In this document: positions 18,622-28,528 of the stretch, one piece after another | Layout: every line of letters starts with the position of its first letter | Position numbering within the stretch: position 1 is the first letter of the stretch | Assembly (NCBI GenBank): GCA_029550965.1 | Contig: JAKPGJ010000015.1 | Coordinates: 2,139-66,138 of the forward strand | DNA from: Bacillota bacterium | GTDB lineage: Bacteria > Bacillota > Clostridia > Oscillospirales > CAG-382 | Length of the DNA: 64,000 nt | Reading direction: 5' to 3' | Made by a program: the position numbers and the translations under genes | Notes under the pieces: model-generated | Databases searched by the model: none | What the model was told of the DNA's origin: nothing | Seen by the model: only the letters and a program-made list of their open reading frames with translations

Positions 18622-20058
18622 TTGGCTGAAAAGAAGCTGGTTGAAGATATCACGTCCATGGAGGAAGATTTTGCCCAGTGGTACACGGATATCGTAAAGA
18701 AGGCAGAACTGATCGAATATACAAGCATCAAAGGCTGTATGGTCATCCGCCCGTACGGATACGCGATTTGGGAAAACATTCAGCGGATTCTGGACAAGGC
18801 CTTTAAAGAAACCGGGCATGAAAACGTATGCATGCCGATGTTCATTTCCGAGAGCCTTTTGAACAAGGAAAAAGACCACGTCAAAGGCTTCGCGCCCGAA
18901 GTCGCCTGGGTTACGCACGGCGGAAGCGAAAAACTGGAAGAAAGGCTGTGCGTCCGTCCGACCAGCGAGACGCTGTTCTGCGAACACTACTCCAACATCA
19001 TTCATTCCTATAGAGACCTGCCCAAACTTTACAACCAGTGGGTCAGCGTAGTCCGCTGGGAAAAAACCACCCGGCCGTTCCTGCGCTCCAGAGAGTTCCT
19101 GTGGCAGGAAGGCCACACCATTCACGCCACCGCGGAGGAAGCCATCGCGGAAACCGAGAGAATGCTGGACATTTACGCAGACTTCTGTGAAAAGAGCCTT
19201 GCGATTCCCGTCATAAAAGGCAGAAAAACCGAGAGCGACAAGTTCGCCGGCGCCGTCGCGACCTACGCCATCGAGGCATTGATGCACGACGGCAAAGCCC
19301 TTCAGGCGGGCACCAGCCATTATTTCGGCGACGGTTTCGCAAAAGCGTTTGACATCATGTACACAAACAAGGAGAACCAAAAGGTTTATCCGCACCAGAC
19401 CTCCTGGGGCGTTTCTACCCGTCTGATCGGCGCGATTATCATGACGCACGGCGACAACAACGGTCTCGTGCTTCCGCCCGCGGTCGCCCCGATTCAGGCA
19501 ATCATCATTCCGATTGCGCAGCACAAACCCGGCGTGCTTGAAAAATGCAGAGAACTGAAAGGCGTTCTTGAAAAGGAATTCCGCGTAAAAATAGACGAAA
19601 GCGACAATTCAGCCGGCTGGAAGTTCGCCGAGTACGAGATGAAGGGCGTTCCCGTTCGGATCGAGCTCGGGCCGAAGGACATCGAAGCCGGCCAATGCGT
19701 TGTGGTCACAAGACACGACAACAAAAAAGAGACCGTACCGCTGGATTCGATCGTCGAGGTTATCCGGAGAAAACTGGCCGCGGTGCACGACGGCCTGTAC
19801 GAAAAAGCGCTGCAGAACCGCGAGAGAAGAACCTATATCTGCCACGATATGGACAGCATTGTAAAATCAATTGCCGAGAATGGCGACGGTTTTGTCAAAG
19901 CGATGTGGTGCGGCGACGAGCATTGCGAAGCGACCGTAAAGGAAAAAACCGGCGTCGGCTCCCGCTGCATTTTGCCGGACGCCGAACCCGTCGGCGACAC
20001 CTGCGTCTGCTGCGGCAAACCCGCAAAGCACCTCGTCGTGTGGGCGAAAGCATATTAA
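18622..20058 (+). CDS. proS: Proline--tRNA ligase (short archaeal/eukaryote-like type without INS editing domain)
   Basis: TTG start. Class II aaRS with a ProRS-type N-terminus ([17 protein letters not shown]...[12 protein letters not shown]) and a C-terminal Zn-binding-type domain (WCGDEHCE...CVCCG). Confidence 0.9.
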   Translation: MAEKKLVEDITSMEEDFAQWYTDIVKKAELIEYTSIKGCMVIRPYGYAIWENIQRILDKAFKETGHENVCMPMFISESLLNKEKDHVKGFAPEVAWVTHGGSEKLEERLCVRPTSETLFCEHYSNIIHSYRDLPKLYNQWVSVVRWEKTTRPFLRSREFLWQEGHTIHATAEEAIAETERMLDIYADFCEKSLAIPVIKGRKTESDKFAGAVATYAIEALMHDGKALQAGTSHYFGDGFAKAFDIMYTNKENQKVYPHQTSWGVSTRLIGAIIMTHGDNNGLVLPPAVAPIQAIIIPIAQHKPGVLEKCRELKGVLEKEFRVKIDESDNSAGWKFAEYEMKGVPVRIELGPKDIEAGQCVVVTRHDNKKETVPLDSIVEVIRRKLAAVHDGLYEKALQNRERRTYICHDMDSIVKSIAENGDGFVKAMWCGDEHCEATVKEKTGVGSRCILPDAEPVGDTCVCCGKPAKHLVVWAKAY

Positions 20059-20074
20059 TTTTTCCATATTACAA

Positions 20075-20101
20075 AGAACAGCGCAGGCTGTTCTTTTTTT
20101 A
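20075..20101 (+). terminator. Intrinsic terminator after proS
   Basis: agaacagc-gcag-gctgttct followed by T7. Confidence 0.85.
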
Positions 20102-20127
20102 TCAACAATTTCCGCAACATTTTTATC

Positions 20128-20156
20128 TTGACTAATTTTCTTAAAACCGTTAAAAT
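20128..20156 (+). promoter_or_regulatory. Sigma-A promoter upstream of the solute-binding lipoprotein gene
   Basis: TTGACT, 17 nt, TAAAAT. Confidence 0.6.
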
Positions 20157-20178
20157 ATGCCTGTTACTTTGTTCGATC

Positions 20179-20229
20179 GTTTCACGTGAAACACAAGCGG
20201 GACTGTCGCCGATTGTTTCACGTGAAACA
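20179..20229. promoter_or_regulatory. Two copies of a perfect palindrome GTTTCACGTGAAAC (second extended to TGTTTCACGTGAAACA), centres 35 bp apart
   Basis: Read directly at 20179-20192 and 20214-20229. Both lie between the predicted -10 (20151-20156) and the start codon at 20253. Confidence 0.6.
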
Positions 20230-20252
20230 TATCCGCGATTATAATTTGGACG

Positions 20253-21686
20253 GTGAACTCTTTGAGAAAAAATAGATTGGCGGCATTGTTTGCAAGCCTT
20301 TTGCTTTTATGCGCTTTTATCGCTTCCTGCGAAAACGTGTCTCTGCTCGAAGACGCGTCGTCGGGTACTTATTCGGACGGCGTTTCGGACACGACGAGCG
20401 TGGACGTGGAATCGCTGCTGAAATACATCGGCGGAGAAATCACCATAGCGGTTCCGGAGAGCCAGCAGCTTGCTTTTTCCACGAACCCGAACACGGACGA
20501 TATTATCGGCTTGACTTCGATGGCGCGGAACGATTTGCTCGCCGAGAAATGCGGTCTTGAATTGAAAATCAAAACGGTGTCTGCCGAAAACGTTCTAACC
20601 GAACTGGACGCCGCGCAAAAAGCCGGCTTAAACTACGCCGATATTCTCTGTCTTCCCGCCAAGACGCTTTCCGCGCTGGCAGACGGCGGATACCTTTTCA
20701 ACCTGCTTTCTTCGCCCGATTTCAAACTGGATTCCAATTATATCAATACAACCGCCGCGAAAGAAATGGCGGGCAACAAAACGCTTTATATGCTGTTTGA
20801 CAACGCCACGCTGTTCTACGACGAGACATGGGTTGTATTCTACGACAAACAGCTTGTCTCCGGCACCGGGCTTGCCGACCCTGCGAAACTTGCGGCGTCA
20901 GGCCAATGGACCTGGGACGAGTTTATTAAATATTCCGAAGCCGTCGCGCAGAAAGTGATGAGCAAGGGTTCGCCCGATACCGCGACCGACGTGTTCGGCT
21001 TTTCTTCTTACAACAACACCGCCGACCTTCCGCTCGCCATTTGGGAAAGCTGCGGCATTCCGCTGTTCGGCGAGACCTACGGCGGTCCGGTAACCTTAAA
21101 AGCGGACGCCGCCGTGCTGAAAAACAGCGCGAAAGAACTGCAGAATATATATTTCCACAAGAGCCGCTTCCCGCTTCAGGGCGAAGAGGCTGCCGCCGCG
21201 TTCAAAAAAGGCAGAATGGGTTTCTTTATCTATAAGCTCGGATTTTCCGCTGCGCTTGTGGAAACCGGCAGGGACTGGGGCATTCTGCCACTTCCGAAAT
21301 ACTCAGCCGACCAGAACGGTTACCGCTCCTATGTCGATCCGAACGCATACGCGTTCGCAATACCGGCAAACGCCGCGAATCCGCAGAGAAGCATTCTTGC
21401 TTTAAACATGCTCTGCGCCGCATCCAAAGATACGATGCGGAAAGCGGTTTACGACAAATATGTCAATCTGTATTTTACCAACAACGCCGCGACCGTCATG
21501 CTGAACACGATTATGGATTCGGTTTATTTCGATTTCGCGGCAATCCACGCGTCCGGCATGCCCGCCATCGCGAACGTCAGCACGAACGTTGTCATCGACG
21601 CCGTCTCAAAGAAGGGCTCTGATTTTTCCTTCACGAACGAAGCGCTCTCCGCGTTCGAAAAATACGCTTCCGAGAAATTCAAATAG
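20253..21686 (+). CDS. Extracellular solute-binding lipoprotein (ABC-type, sugar-binding family-1-like), no cognate permease genes adjacent
   Basis: Signal peptide with lipobox LLLLCAFIASC. About 450-aa periplasmic-binding-protein-like body. The start is uncertain (GTG at 20253 or TTG at 20262; the RBS is weak). Confidence 0.7.
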   Translation: MNSLRKNRLAALFASLLLLCAFIASCENVSLLEDASSGTYSDGVSDTTSVDVESLLKYIGGEITIAVPESQQLAFSTNPNTDDIIGLTSMARNDLLAEKCGLELKIKTVSAENVLTELDAAQKAGLNYADILCLPAKTLSALADGGYLFNLLSSPDFKLDSNYINTTAAKEMAGNKTLYMLFDNATLFYDETWVVFYDKQLVSGTGLADPAKLAASGQWTWDEFIKYSEAVAQKVMSKGSPDTATDVFGFSSYNNTADLPLAIWESCGIPLFGETYGGPVTLKADAAVLKNSAKELQNIYFHKSRFPLQGEEAAAAFKKGRMGFFIYKLGFSAALVETGRDWGILPLPKYSADQNGYRSYVDPNAYAFAIPANAANPQRSILALNMLCAASKDTMRKAVYDKYVNLYFTNNAATVMLNTIMDSVYFDFAAIHASGMPAIANVSTNVVIDAVSKKGSDFSFTNEALSAFEKYASEKFK

Positions 21687-21716
21687 CGCGATTCGGAATT
21701 TAAAACGACACAGGTA

Positions 21717-21745
21717 TTGATTTTTCAGACGCTTTATGGTATGAT
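21717..21745 (+). promoter_or_regulatory. Sigma-A promoter for pgk-tpiA
   Basis: TTGATT, 17 nt, TATGAT. Confidence 0.6.
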
Positions 21746-21832
21746 TAATTGGTTATTTATGGAATAATACTATAAATTGGTTGAACAAAAATTCACTGTG
21801 CGGCTGAAAAACCGTGGAAAGGAATGGTACAG

Positions 21833-23020
21833 ATGTATAACAAAAAATCAATTGAGGATATTGACGTATCCGGAAAAAAAGTGCTGGTAAGATGCGACTT
21901 CAACGTTCCGCTTGAGGACGGCAGAATTACCGACGACAACCGAATTGTCGGCGCATTACCCACCATCAAATACCTGCTCGCGCACAAAGCGAAGGTTATA
22001 CTTTGCTCCCATTTGGGCAGACCGAAGGGCGAATTTAACATGAAATACACCCTCGCGCCGGTTGCTAAGAGACTTTCCGAACTGCTCGGAATCGAAGTCA
22101 CGCTCGCAAATGACGTTATCGGCGAAGACGCCGTCGCAAAAGCGGCCGCTTTGAAGGAAGGAGAAGTCCTGCTTCTTGAAAACGTACGCTTCCATAAGGA
22201 AGAAGAGAAAAACGACCCCGAATTCGCAAAGAAGCTCGCTTCTCTTGCCGAGATATATGTAAACGACGCGTTCGGCACCGCGCACAGAGCGCACGCTTCC
22301 ACAGCCGGCGTGGCCGACTATCTCCCTGCCGTCTGCGGATACCTGATTCAGAAAGAGATTTCCGTAATGGGCAAAGCGCTTTCCGATCCGAAGCGTCCGT
22401 TTGTCGCGATTCTCGGCGGCGCGAAGGTTTCGGATAAAATCGGCGTTATCAACAACCTGATCGAAAAGGTCGATACGCTCATCATCGGCGGCGGCATGTC
22501 CTATACGTTCGAAAAAGCGATGGGCGGCAACATCGGTAAATCCCTGTGCGAGGCGGATAAGCTGGACCTGGCAAAAGAAATGCTCGAAAAAGCTAAGAGC
22601 AAGGGCGTAAAATTCCTGCTCCCGACCGATACCGTCTGCGCGAAGGAATTTTCAAACGACGCCGAGCAGAAGGTGTTCCCGACCAACGCTATCCCCGAGG
22701 ATTACATGGGTCTCGATATCGGTCCGGAAACCATCAAAGCGTTCTCCGAAGCGCTCAAAGGCGCAGGAACCATTGTCTGGAACGGCCCGATGGGCGTGTT
22801 TGAGTTCGATAACTTCGCAAAAGGCACCAAAGCGATTGCGGAAGCCGTCGCGGCAAGCGGCGCCATCTCGATCATCGGCGGCGGCGACAGCGCGGCAGCG
22901 GTAGAGAAATTCGGACTTGCCGACAAGATTACCCACATTTCCACCGGCGGCGGTGCGTCTCTCGAATTCCTCGAGGGTCTTGTCCTGCCTGGAATCGCTT
23001 GCTTAAACGATAAGAATTAA
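21833..23020 (+). CDS. pgk: Phosphoglycerate kinase
   Basis: The ATG at 21833 is better spaced from GGAAAGGA than the track start at 21824. [14 protein letters not shown]-terminus and the [22 protein letters not shown] motifs. Confidence 0.92.
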   Translation: MYNKKSIEDIDVSGKKVLVRCDFNVPLEDGRITDDNRIVGALPTIKYLLAHKAKVILCSHLGRPKGEFNMKYTLAPVAKRLSELLGIEVTLANDVIGEDAVAKAAALKEGEVLLLENVRFHKEEEKNDPEFAKKLASLAEIYVNDAFGTAHRAHASTAGVADYLPAVCGYLIQKEISVMGKALSDPKRPFVAILGGAKVSDKIGVINNLIEKVDTLIIGGGMSYTFEKAMGGNIGKSLCEADKLDLAKEMLEKAKSKGVKFLLPTDTVCAKEFSNDAEQKVFPTNAIPEDYMGLDIGPETIKAFSEALKGAGTIVWNGPMGVFEFDNFAKGTKAIAEAVAASGAISIIGGGDSAAAVEKFGLADKITHISTGGGASLEFLEGLVLPGIACLNDKN

Positions 23021-23082
23021 ACATTTTTGGTGTATTCCAATTATTTATATTTTATTTTAAAATAGAAAGGTCTCTATCGTAA

Positions 23083-23856
23083 ATGAACAAAGCAAAAAGA
23101 AAGACTGTTATTGCCGGAAACTGGAAGATGAATAAAACGCCCGTAGAGGCTGCGCAGCTGATTTACGACATTAACCAGAGAATTTCGAATATCGAAACAA
23201 AGGGCTGCGAGATTGTCGCTTGCGTTCCCTTCGTCGATATCGACGCCGCTGTGAAAGCCGCCGACGGCACAAGAATTAAGATCGGCGCCGAAAACTGCCA
23301 CTGGGCAAAGAGCGGCGCATTTACCGGCGAAATCAGCGCGGATATGCTCAAAGCCTGCGGCGTCGAATATGTAATCATCGGACACAGCGAAAGAAGACAG
23401 TATTTCGGCGAAACCGACTTAACCGTAAACCAGAGGCTTCACGCCGCGCTGGAAGCAGGGCTCACGGTAATCCTCTGCGTCGGCGAGCTGCTTGAGCAGA
23501 GAGAACAGGGCATTACCGAAGAAATCGTTTCGATGCAGACAAAAATCGCGCTTTTAAACGTCACGGAAGAGCAGATGAAGAACGTCGTCATCGCTTATGA
23601 GCCGGTTTGGGCGATCGGAACCGGCAAGACCGCGACCAGCGAGCAGGCCGACGAGGTTTGCGGCATTATCAGAAACGTTCTCGCCAAACTCTACTCGAAA
23701 AAGACAGCCGAAGCCACCTCGATTCTGTACGGCGGCTCCATGAACGCAAAGAACGCAAAGGAGCTGCTCAGCATGGAGAACGTGGACGGCGGTCTGATCG
23801 GCGGCGCGTCTCTGAAAGCCGAGGATTTCTCCATCATCATCGAAGCCGCACAGTAA
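23083..23856 (+). CDS. tpiA: Triose-phosphate isomerase
   Basis: AGNWKMN, IIGHSERR, AYEPVWAIGTG and GGASLK motifs. Confidence 0.95.
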   Translation: MNKAKRKTVIAGNWKMNKTPVEAAQLIYDINQRISNIETKGCEIVACVPFVDIDAAVKAADGTRIKIGAENCHWAKSGAFTGEISADMLKACGVEYVIIGHSERRQYFGETDLTVNQRLHAALEAGLTVILCVGELLEQREQGITEEIVSMQTKIALLNVTEEQMKNVVIAYEPVWAIGTGKTATSEQADEVCGIIRNVLAKLYSKKTAEATSILYGGSMNAKNAKELLSMENVDGGLIGGASLKAEDFSIIIEAAQ

Positions 23857-23867
23857 GAAATACAAAC

Positions 23868-23906
23868 AAAAAAGGAGTGAGTTTTTCGCTCACTCCTTAT
23901 TTTTTA
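23868..23906. terminator. Bidirectional intrinsic terminator
   Basis: aaggagtgag-tttttcg-ctcactcctt with flanking A and T runs, between convergent tpiA and the lipid kinase gene. Confidence 0.85.
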
Positions 23907-24842
23907 CTCCGGCAGTATTATCCGAACGGCGTTCGGCACGACTGAAATGGTGGGGTTCTTCATCGGGATAATGTTTCCGTCGATGTTTACGTCAATGATT
24001 TTCTCGGAGATGATTTTCAGCTTTTTGCACAGCTTATGCGTACAGTACTTTTGCAGCTTCGTCAGGTGTTCCCCTCTGCGAAAACTGCCTACAAGCGCGG
24101 CAAAGGTCAGGCGAGAAACGGTTTTGATGCGGATAAAATCCAAAAGCCCGTCTTTTATGTCGCTCAACGGCGAAGCCTTAAAGCCGCCGCCGTAATATTT
24201 TCCGTTCGCGCAGATGGCGAATAAGTACTCGGTGTCCTTGTCCTTTACTTCCTCTCCGTCGGCGACCAGCGTGAACTTATGCTTCATTTTGGAAATCAGA
24301 CATTCGACGACCGACAGGTTGTACGCCGCTTTGCCGCTGACAAGCGGGAGCTTTTTGTACTTTTCCATTCCCTTTGCGACGGCGGCGTCGTAGCCCGCGG
24401 ACACGATGTTGACGCTGACGTGCTCTCTGCCGCTGTCGGCGTCTTTGACCAATATCAGGTCGCTAAAATCAAGTCTTCCTCTCACCATGTCCGGCAACGA
24501 ACGGAATTTTTCGGTCGGGATTTCCTCAAAATACTTCACAAAATCGTTTCCGGAACCGATCGGGACGACGCCGACCGCGCAGTTTTTGTTCTGCGCTTTA
24601 TAAACGCCCTCGACCACTTCGCTCAGGGTGCCGTCTCCGCCGCAGGCGTAAATGCGCAAAAAGGCATCCGAAGGAAGCGTATCGAGCTTTTCCTTCACAA
24701 TCTCGGTGGCGTCTCCGACGCATTTGGTAACCTCGATTTCATACGGCTCGATTAACAGCATCCTCTCGACTGCTTTTCTGATCAGTCCCGAACGGTCTTT
24801 CTTCCCCGCGACCGGATTGATTACAAATAAATGCCGCTGCAA
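23904..24842 (-). CDS. Diacylglycerol/lipid kinase family protein (YegS/DagK type)
   Basis: FVINPVAGKK N-terminus and the ACGGDGTLSEVV catalytic-domain motif. Confidence 0.85.
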   Translation of the reverse strand: MQRHLFVINPVAGKKDRSGLIRKAVERMLLIEPYEIEVTKCVGDATEIVKEKLDTLPSDAFLRIYACGGDGTLSEVVEGVYKAQNKNCAVGVVPIGSGNDFVKYFEEIPTEKFRSLPDMVRGRLDFSDLILVKDADSGREHVSVNIVSAGYDAAVAKGMEKYKKLPLVSGKAAYNLSVVECLISKMKHKFTLVADGEEVKDKDTEYLFAICANGKYYGGGFKASPLSDIKDGLLDFIRIKTVSRLTFAALVGSFRRGEHLTKLQKYCTHKLCKKLKIISEKIIDVNIDGNIIPMKNPTISVVPNAVRIILPE

Positions 24843-24862
24843 ATTCTCATTCTCCTGAATTT

Positions 24863-26029
24863 TTATTTTTTAAATTTTATAAAAGGTGTTTTTTCCATGG
24901 CGTTTTCGTTCTGAACGCCGGGAGCCGACAGCAGAAGGACGCTTTCGATCTCGGCTTCCCGATAGAACGCTTTTTGGATATGCGCCGGCTGTTTTTTAAT
25001 GTGCGCCGGTTTGGTAATCAATGGTATGCCGAAATGCTTTTTCCTGTTTTTCAGAAAAGCGCATCCCGCTTCGTCCGCCGCGAGCAGCAGCGTGTATAAC
25101 GGTTTTGAAAGCGCGTCTTCCGGCGTGACGCCGAATACCATCGAGAAAACGCTTCTCCGGATTCTTGCTTCCGTATAGACCGTGTTCCTGCAGACATCCA
25201 CCAAATGCGTAAAGGAATTCAGCAGCTTCGCCGCGTTCACAATGCTGTTCGCCAAATCCAGCGGCGTGCTGTAAATGTTTCTGTTGTCGCCGACGTTATA
25301 GCGCCGCAGCGTGCCGATAATATACTGCGACAGGTTCTCCGCGCTTCTGGGCAGTTCCTCAGCGCTCAGACCGCCGTAAACAGCGGCGCTGCATTCGGGC
25401 AGAAGCGACAGGAATTTCGCGCGGTCCTTTTCGGCGCGGATCGACGAGGAGGAACGAAGTGTCATGTCCCGCGCGACCGGAAAAGGTTTTAAGCTGTACC
25501 CGCCCTTTTCAATGGCGGCAAGGTACTCGAGCGTCAGGATATTGTTCGGCTTTCGGATGATCTCGGCCGCTTTTTCCCCCAACTTCGCCGCGACAAGCAT
25601 TTCCTTCGCTTTCGGATACGAAAGGTTTTTCTCTTTGTCAATCAGCGCCATCAGTTCTTTTTCAAAGGAAACATCTTTGGTTTCCCGATATATTTTCTCA
25701 AGCGTCGAAAAATCGTCCTCGCAGCCGAAAGCCAGCGCGTCCGCGCCGAGCATCGCCGCGATATATACGCCCGCGGCCGCGAAATCACGCGCCGACATCA
25801 TGCAGTACGGGAACGGCAGAGAAACGACAAGGCTCGCGCCGCACATCACCGCGGCTTTCGCTCTGCTGTATTTATCGGCGACGGCAATTTCGCCGCGCTG
25901 AACGAGGTTGCTGCTCATTATGCAGATAACGCCGTCAAATTCTCTTTTGAGATGCTCGATCTGCTTTAAATGCCCGTAATGAAAAGGGTTGTACTCACAG
26001 ATAACGGCCGCATAACGTTTTTTGGTCAT
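24863..26029 (-). CDS. tmcAL: tRNA(Met) cytidine acetate ligase (YlbM/UPF0348 nucleotidyltransferase family)
   Basis: ICEYNPFHYGHLKQIEHLK HxGH-type motif at the N-terminus. About 390 aa, typical of the family. Confidence 0.8.
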   Translation of the reverse strand: MTKKRYAAVICEYNPFHYGHLKQIEHLKREFDGVICIMSSNLVQRGEIAVADKYSRAKAAVMCGASLVVSLPFPYCMMSARDFAAAGVYIAAMLGADALAFGCEDDFSTLEKIYRETKDVSFEKELMALIDKEKNLSYPKAKEMLVAAKLGEKAAEIIRKPNNILTLEYLAAIEKGGYSLKPFPVARDMTLRSSSSIRAEKDRAKFLSLLPECSAAVYGGLSAEELPRSAENLSQYIIGTLRRYNVGDNRNIYSTPLDLANSIVNAAKLLNSFTHLVDVCRNTVYTEARIRRSVFSMVFGVTPEDALSKPLYTLLLAADEAGCAFLKNRKKHFGIPLITKPAHIKKQPAHIQKAFYREAEIESVLLLSAPGVQNENAMEKTPFIKFKK

Positions 26030-26080
26030 AAAACACCTCTTTTACGTTGAAAAAGCCTTATTTTATGTATAAGAATACCC

Positions 26081-26109
26081 TTGATTTTTGTATATAGGGG
26101 TAGTATAAT
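26081..26109 (+). promoter_or_regulatory. Sigma-A promoter for ackA
   Basis: TTGATT, 17 nt, TATAAT. Confidence 0.7.
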
Positions 26110-26173
26110 TACTTTCGGTTTAAAAGTCAATATATACGGTTTTTTGTAAAACCGCAGCAAAAGGAGATACGAA

Positions 26174-27370
26174 ATGTATATTTTAGTTGTAAACGCAGGG
26201 AGCTCTTCGTTAAAGTATCAGTTGTTCGATATGGAGACAAAGAGCGTTATCGCTAAAGGCCTCTGCGAAAGAATTGGCATCGATGGAAGGCTGAAACACC
26301 AAACCACCGGCAAAGACCAGATCATCAAAGACATACCGATGCCTACACACGCGCAGGCGGTTTCCGCGCTGGTCGATATCCTGACGGATAAGGAACACGG
26401 CTGCATATCCGATATGAGCCAGATTTCAGCAGTCGGACACAGAGTTGTCCACGGCGGTCCCTGGATTACAAAAAGTGTGCTTGTAAACGAAAATGTCATC
26501 GCAGACCTTGAAAAATGCTGCGATATAGCGCCTTTGCACACGGTTCCGCACCTGATGGGCATCAGAGGATGCATGAAAGCAATGCCGAAAACGCCGCAGG
26601 TCATCGTTGTCGATACGGCGTTCCACCAGACAATGCCCGAGCACGCATATATGTACCCGATTCCCTACGAGCTGTACGAAAAGTACAAGATTCGCCGCTA
26701 CGGCTTCCACGGCACGTCGCACCGCTATGTTTCCGGAAAAGCGATCGATCTGCTCGGCAAGAATCCGGAGGACACGAAAATTGTAACCTGCCATCTCGGC
26801 AACGGCTCTTCCATTTCCGCAATCAAAGGCGGAAAGGTTATTGACACAAGCATGGGCTTTACGCCGCTGGAGGGCGTTATCATGGGCTCCCGCTGCGGTT
26901 CTATCGACCCTGCGATTATCCCGTTCATCATGGAAAGAGAAAACATCCCCGCTTCCGAAATGTGCAACTGGCTAAACAAAAAGTGCGGCTTCCTCGGCGT
27001 TTCGGGCGTCTCGAGCGACCTCCGCGAGATTTCGGCAGCCATTGAGGAGGGCAACGCAAGAGCAAAACTTGCGCACGATATTCTTTGCTACCAGATTAAA
27101 AAATATGTAGGCGCTTATGCCGCCGCGATGAACGGTTTGGACTGCGTCGTGTTCACGGCCGGCATCGGCGAGAACAACCCGCAAATCCGCTACGACAGCC
27201 TTTCCGACATGGATTATTTGGGAATCGAAATCGACAAGGCGAAAAACGAGCAAAAGAATGCCTGCGAGATCAGCAGCGACAACTCGAAAGTCAAGGTTTT
27301 TGTCATCCCGACAAACGAAGAGCTTGTGATCGCAATGGATACGCAAAGCATTGTAAGCAATCTTTATTAA
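26174..27370 (+). CDS. ackA: Acetate kinase
   Basis: ILVVNAGSSSLKYQLF, GHRVVHGG, RRYGFHGTSH and TAGIGENN motifs. Confidence 0.95.
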   Translation: MYILVVNAGSSSLKYQLFDMETKSVIAKGLCERIGIDGRLKHQTTGKDQIIKDIPMPTHAQAVSALVDILTDKEHGCISDMSQISAVGHRVVHGGPWITKSVLVNENVIADLEKCCDIAPLHTVPHLMGIRGCMKAMPKTPQVIVVDTAFHQTMPEHAYMYPIPYELYEKYKIRRYGFHGTSHRYVSGKAIDLLGKNPEDTKIVTCHLGNGSSISAIKGGKVIDTSMGFTPLEGVIMGSRCGSIDPAIIPFIMERENIPASEMCNWLNKKCGFLGVSGVSSDLREISAAIEEGNARAKLAHDILCYQIKKYVGAYAAAMNGLDCVVFTAGIGENNPQIRYDSLSDMDYLGIEIDKAKNEQKNACEISSDNSKVKVFVIPTNEELVIAMDTQSIVSNLY

Positions 27371-27388
27371 AACAATCCGGCGCGCGCC

Positions 27389-28135
27389 CTAAACAGGCGT
27401 TGCGCCGGTTCTGTATTTATTCGGTTCGATTAAGAAAGGCTTAAAGTTGAGCCTGTCCGCCGCAATCAGCTTGAGCTTCGTGGTCCCCAACTGATACGCA
27501 AGTTTTTCCTCCGATACGGTGTGCAGATGCCCGTAAAAGCATCTGCTGATTTTATATTCGCGCAGAACGTCGCAGATTTTGGCGCATTCAATCCCGCCGT
27601 AGGCAGGCGGATAGTGCAGAAAGCATAAGATTTCCTTGTCGGGGTGTTTTTCTTTGATTTTCAAGCCCTCGTTCAGCGACATTTTGAGCCGTTCGGCTTC
27701 GCGGTTGACGATTTTTTCATCCTCGGGCGTATAGGTTGTGTCAATAAACCATCCGCGCGTTCCGCAGATGATAAAATCCTCGCACAAATATGCGTTGTTG
27801 TGCAGGAAAGATATGGATTTTATGTTTAAACTTTCCAAAAAAGCGTTCAGCTTTTTCATGGTCTGCCACCAGTAATCGTGATTGCCTTTGGAAATAATTT
27901 TTTTACCGGGAAGCGCTTCTAAAAACAGAAAATCCCCTGCCGCGTCCGCGGTTTTCAGTCCCCACGAAAGATCGCCCGGAATCACGACGGTGTCGTTTTC
28001 CCGAACCACAGAAAGCCAATTTTCTTTTATTCTTTCGGCGTGATGATTCCATTTTGCGCCGAACACGTCCATCGGTTTGTCGGTCCCGTGCGAGAGATGG
28101 AGGTCGCCGATTACAAATACCGAAATAACAATCAA
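27389..28135 (-). CDS. Metallophosphoesterase (calcineurin-like phosphoesterase family)
   Basis: GDLHLSHG, PGDLSW, GNHDYWW and YGHLH metal-ligand motifs. The exact start is uncertain. Confidence 0.8.
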   Translation of the reverse strand: MIVISVFVIGDLHLSHGTDKPMDVFGAKWNHHAERIKENWLSVVRENDTVVIPGDLSWGLKTADAAGDFLFLEALPGKKIISKGNHDYWWQTMKKLNAFLESLNIKSISFLHNNAYLCEDFIICGTRGWFIDTTYTPEDEKIVNREAERLKMSLNEGLKIKEKHPDKEILCFLHYPPAYGGIECAKICDVLREYKISRCFYGHLHTVSEEKLAYQLGTTKLKLIAADRLNFKPFLIEPNKYRTGATPV

Positions 28136-28283
28136 CTCCCGTTTTTGACAAATCGCATTAGCAACAGTTGCTAACGCAAAAAAGAATAAAAAAACAATGC
28201 GCGCGAAAAATAAAACCGAACGGTAACGCTGTTACCGTTCCGCATTTTTGAATGCAAAAACGACTCAAAAGAGAGGAATCACA

Positions 28284-28472
28284 ATGGATCCAATCAGAAT
28301 TGACGAGCATCCGAAGCCGATAAAAGGCATCAGCTGTTCCGTTAAGAATTGCGTTTATCACGACGGGAAAACGCAGTGCACCGCTGGAAAGATCGCCGTC
28401 GGTCCCTCCAACGCGGTTACCAGCGGCGATACGCTTTGCGCCACTTTCCAGTTAAAGGAAACAGACCAATAG
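28284..28472 (+). CDS. DUF1540 domain small Cys-rich protein
   Basis: ATG at 28284 lies after AGAGAGGAA. ISCSVKNCVYHDGKTQCTAGKIAV pattern typical of DUF1540. Confidence 0.7.
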   Translation: MDPIRIDEHPKPIKGISCSVKNCVYHDGKTQCTAGKIAVGPSNAVTSGDTLCATFQLKETDQ

Positions 28473-28485
28473 CCTTTTTAAAACT

Positions 28486-28528
28486 GAAAGCGTGTCTGAA
28501 AAAGGCACGCTTTTCTTTTATTTTTTTA
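28486..28528. terminator. Intrinsic terminator between DUF1540 gene and thrC
   Basis: aaagcgtg-tctgaaaaagg-cacgcttt followed by a T-rich tract on the plus strand. Confidence 0.65.

Noticed and set aside
18523-19524. 333-aa minus-strand ORF opposite proS
   Set aside because: It lies entirely antisense to a full-length, clearly homologous ProRS. It has an Arg/Gly/Val-rich composition typical of antisense frames in GC-biased genes, and no RBS.
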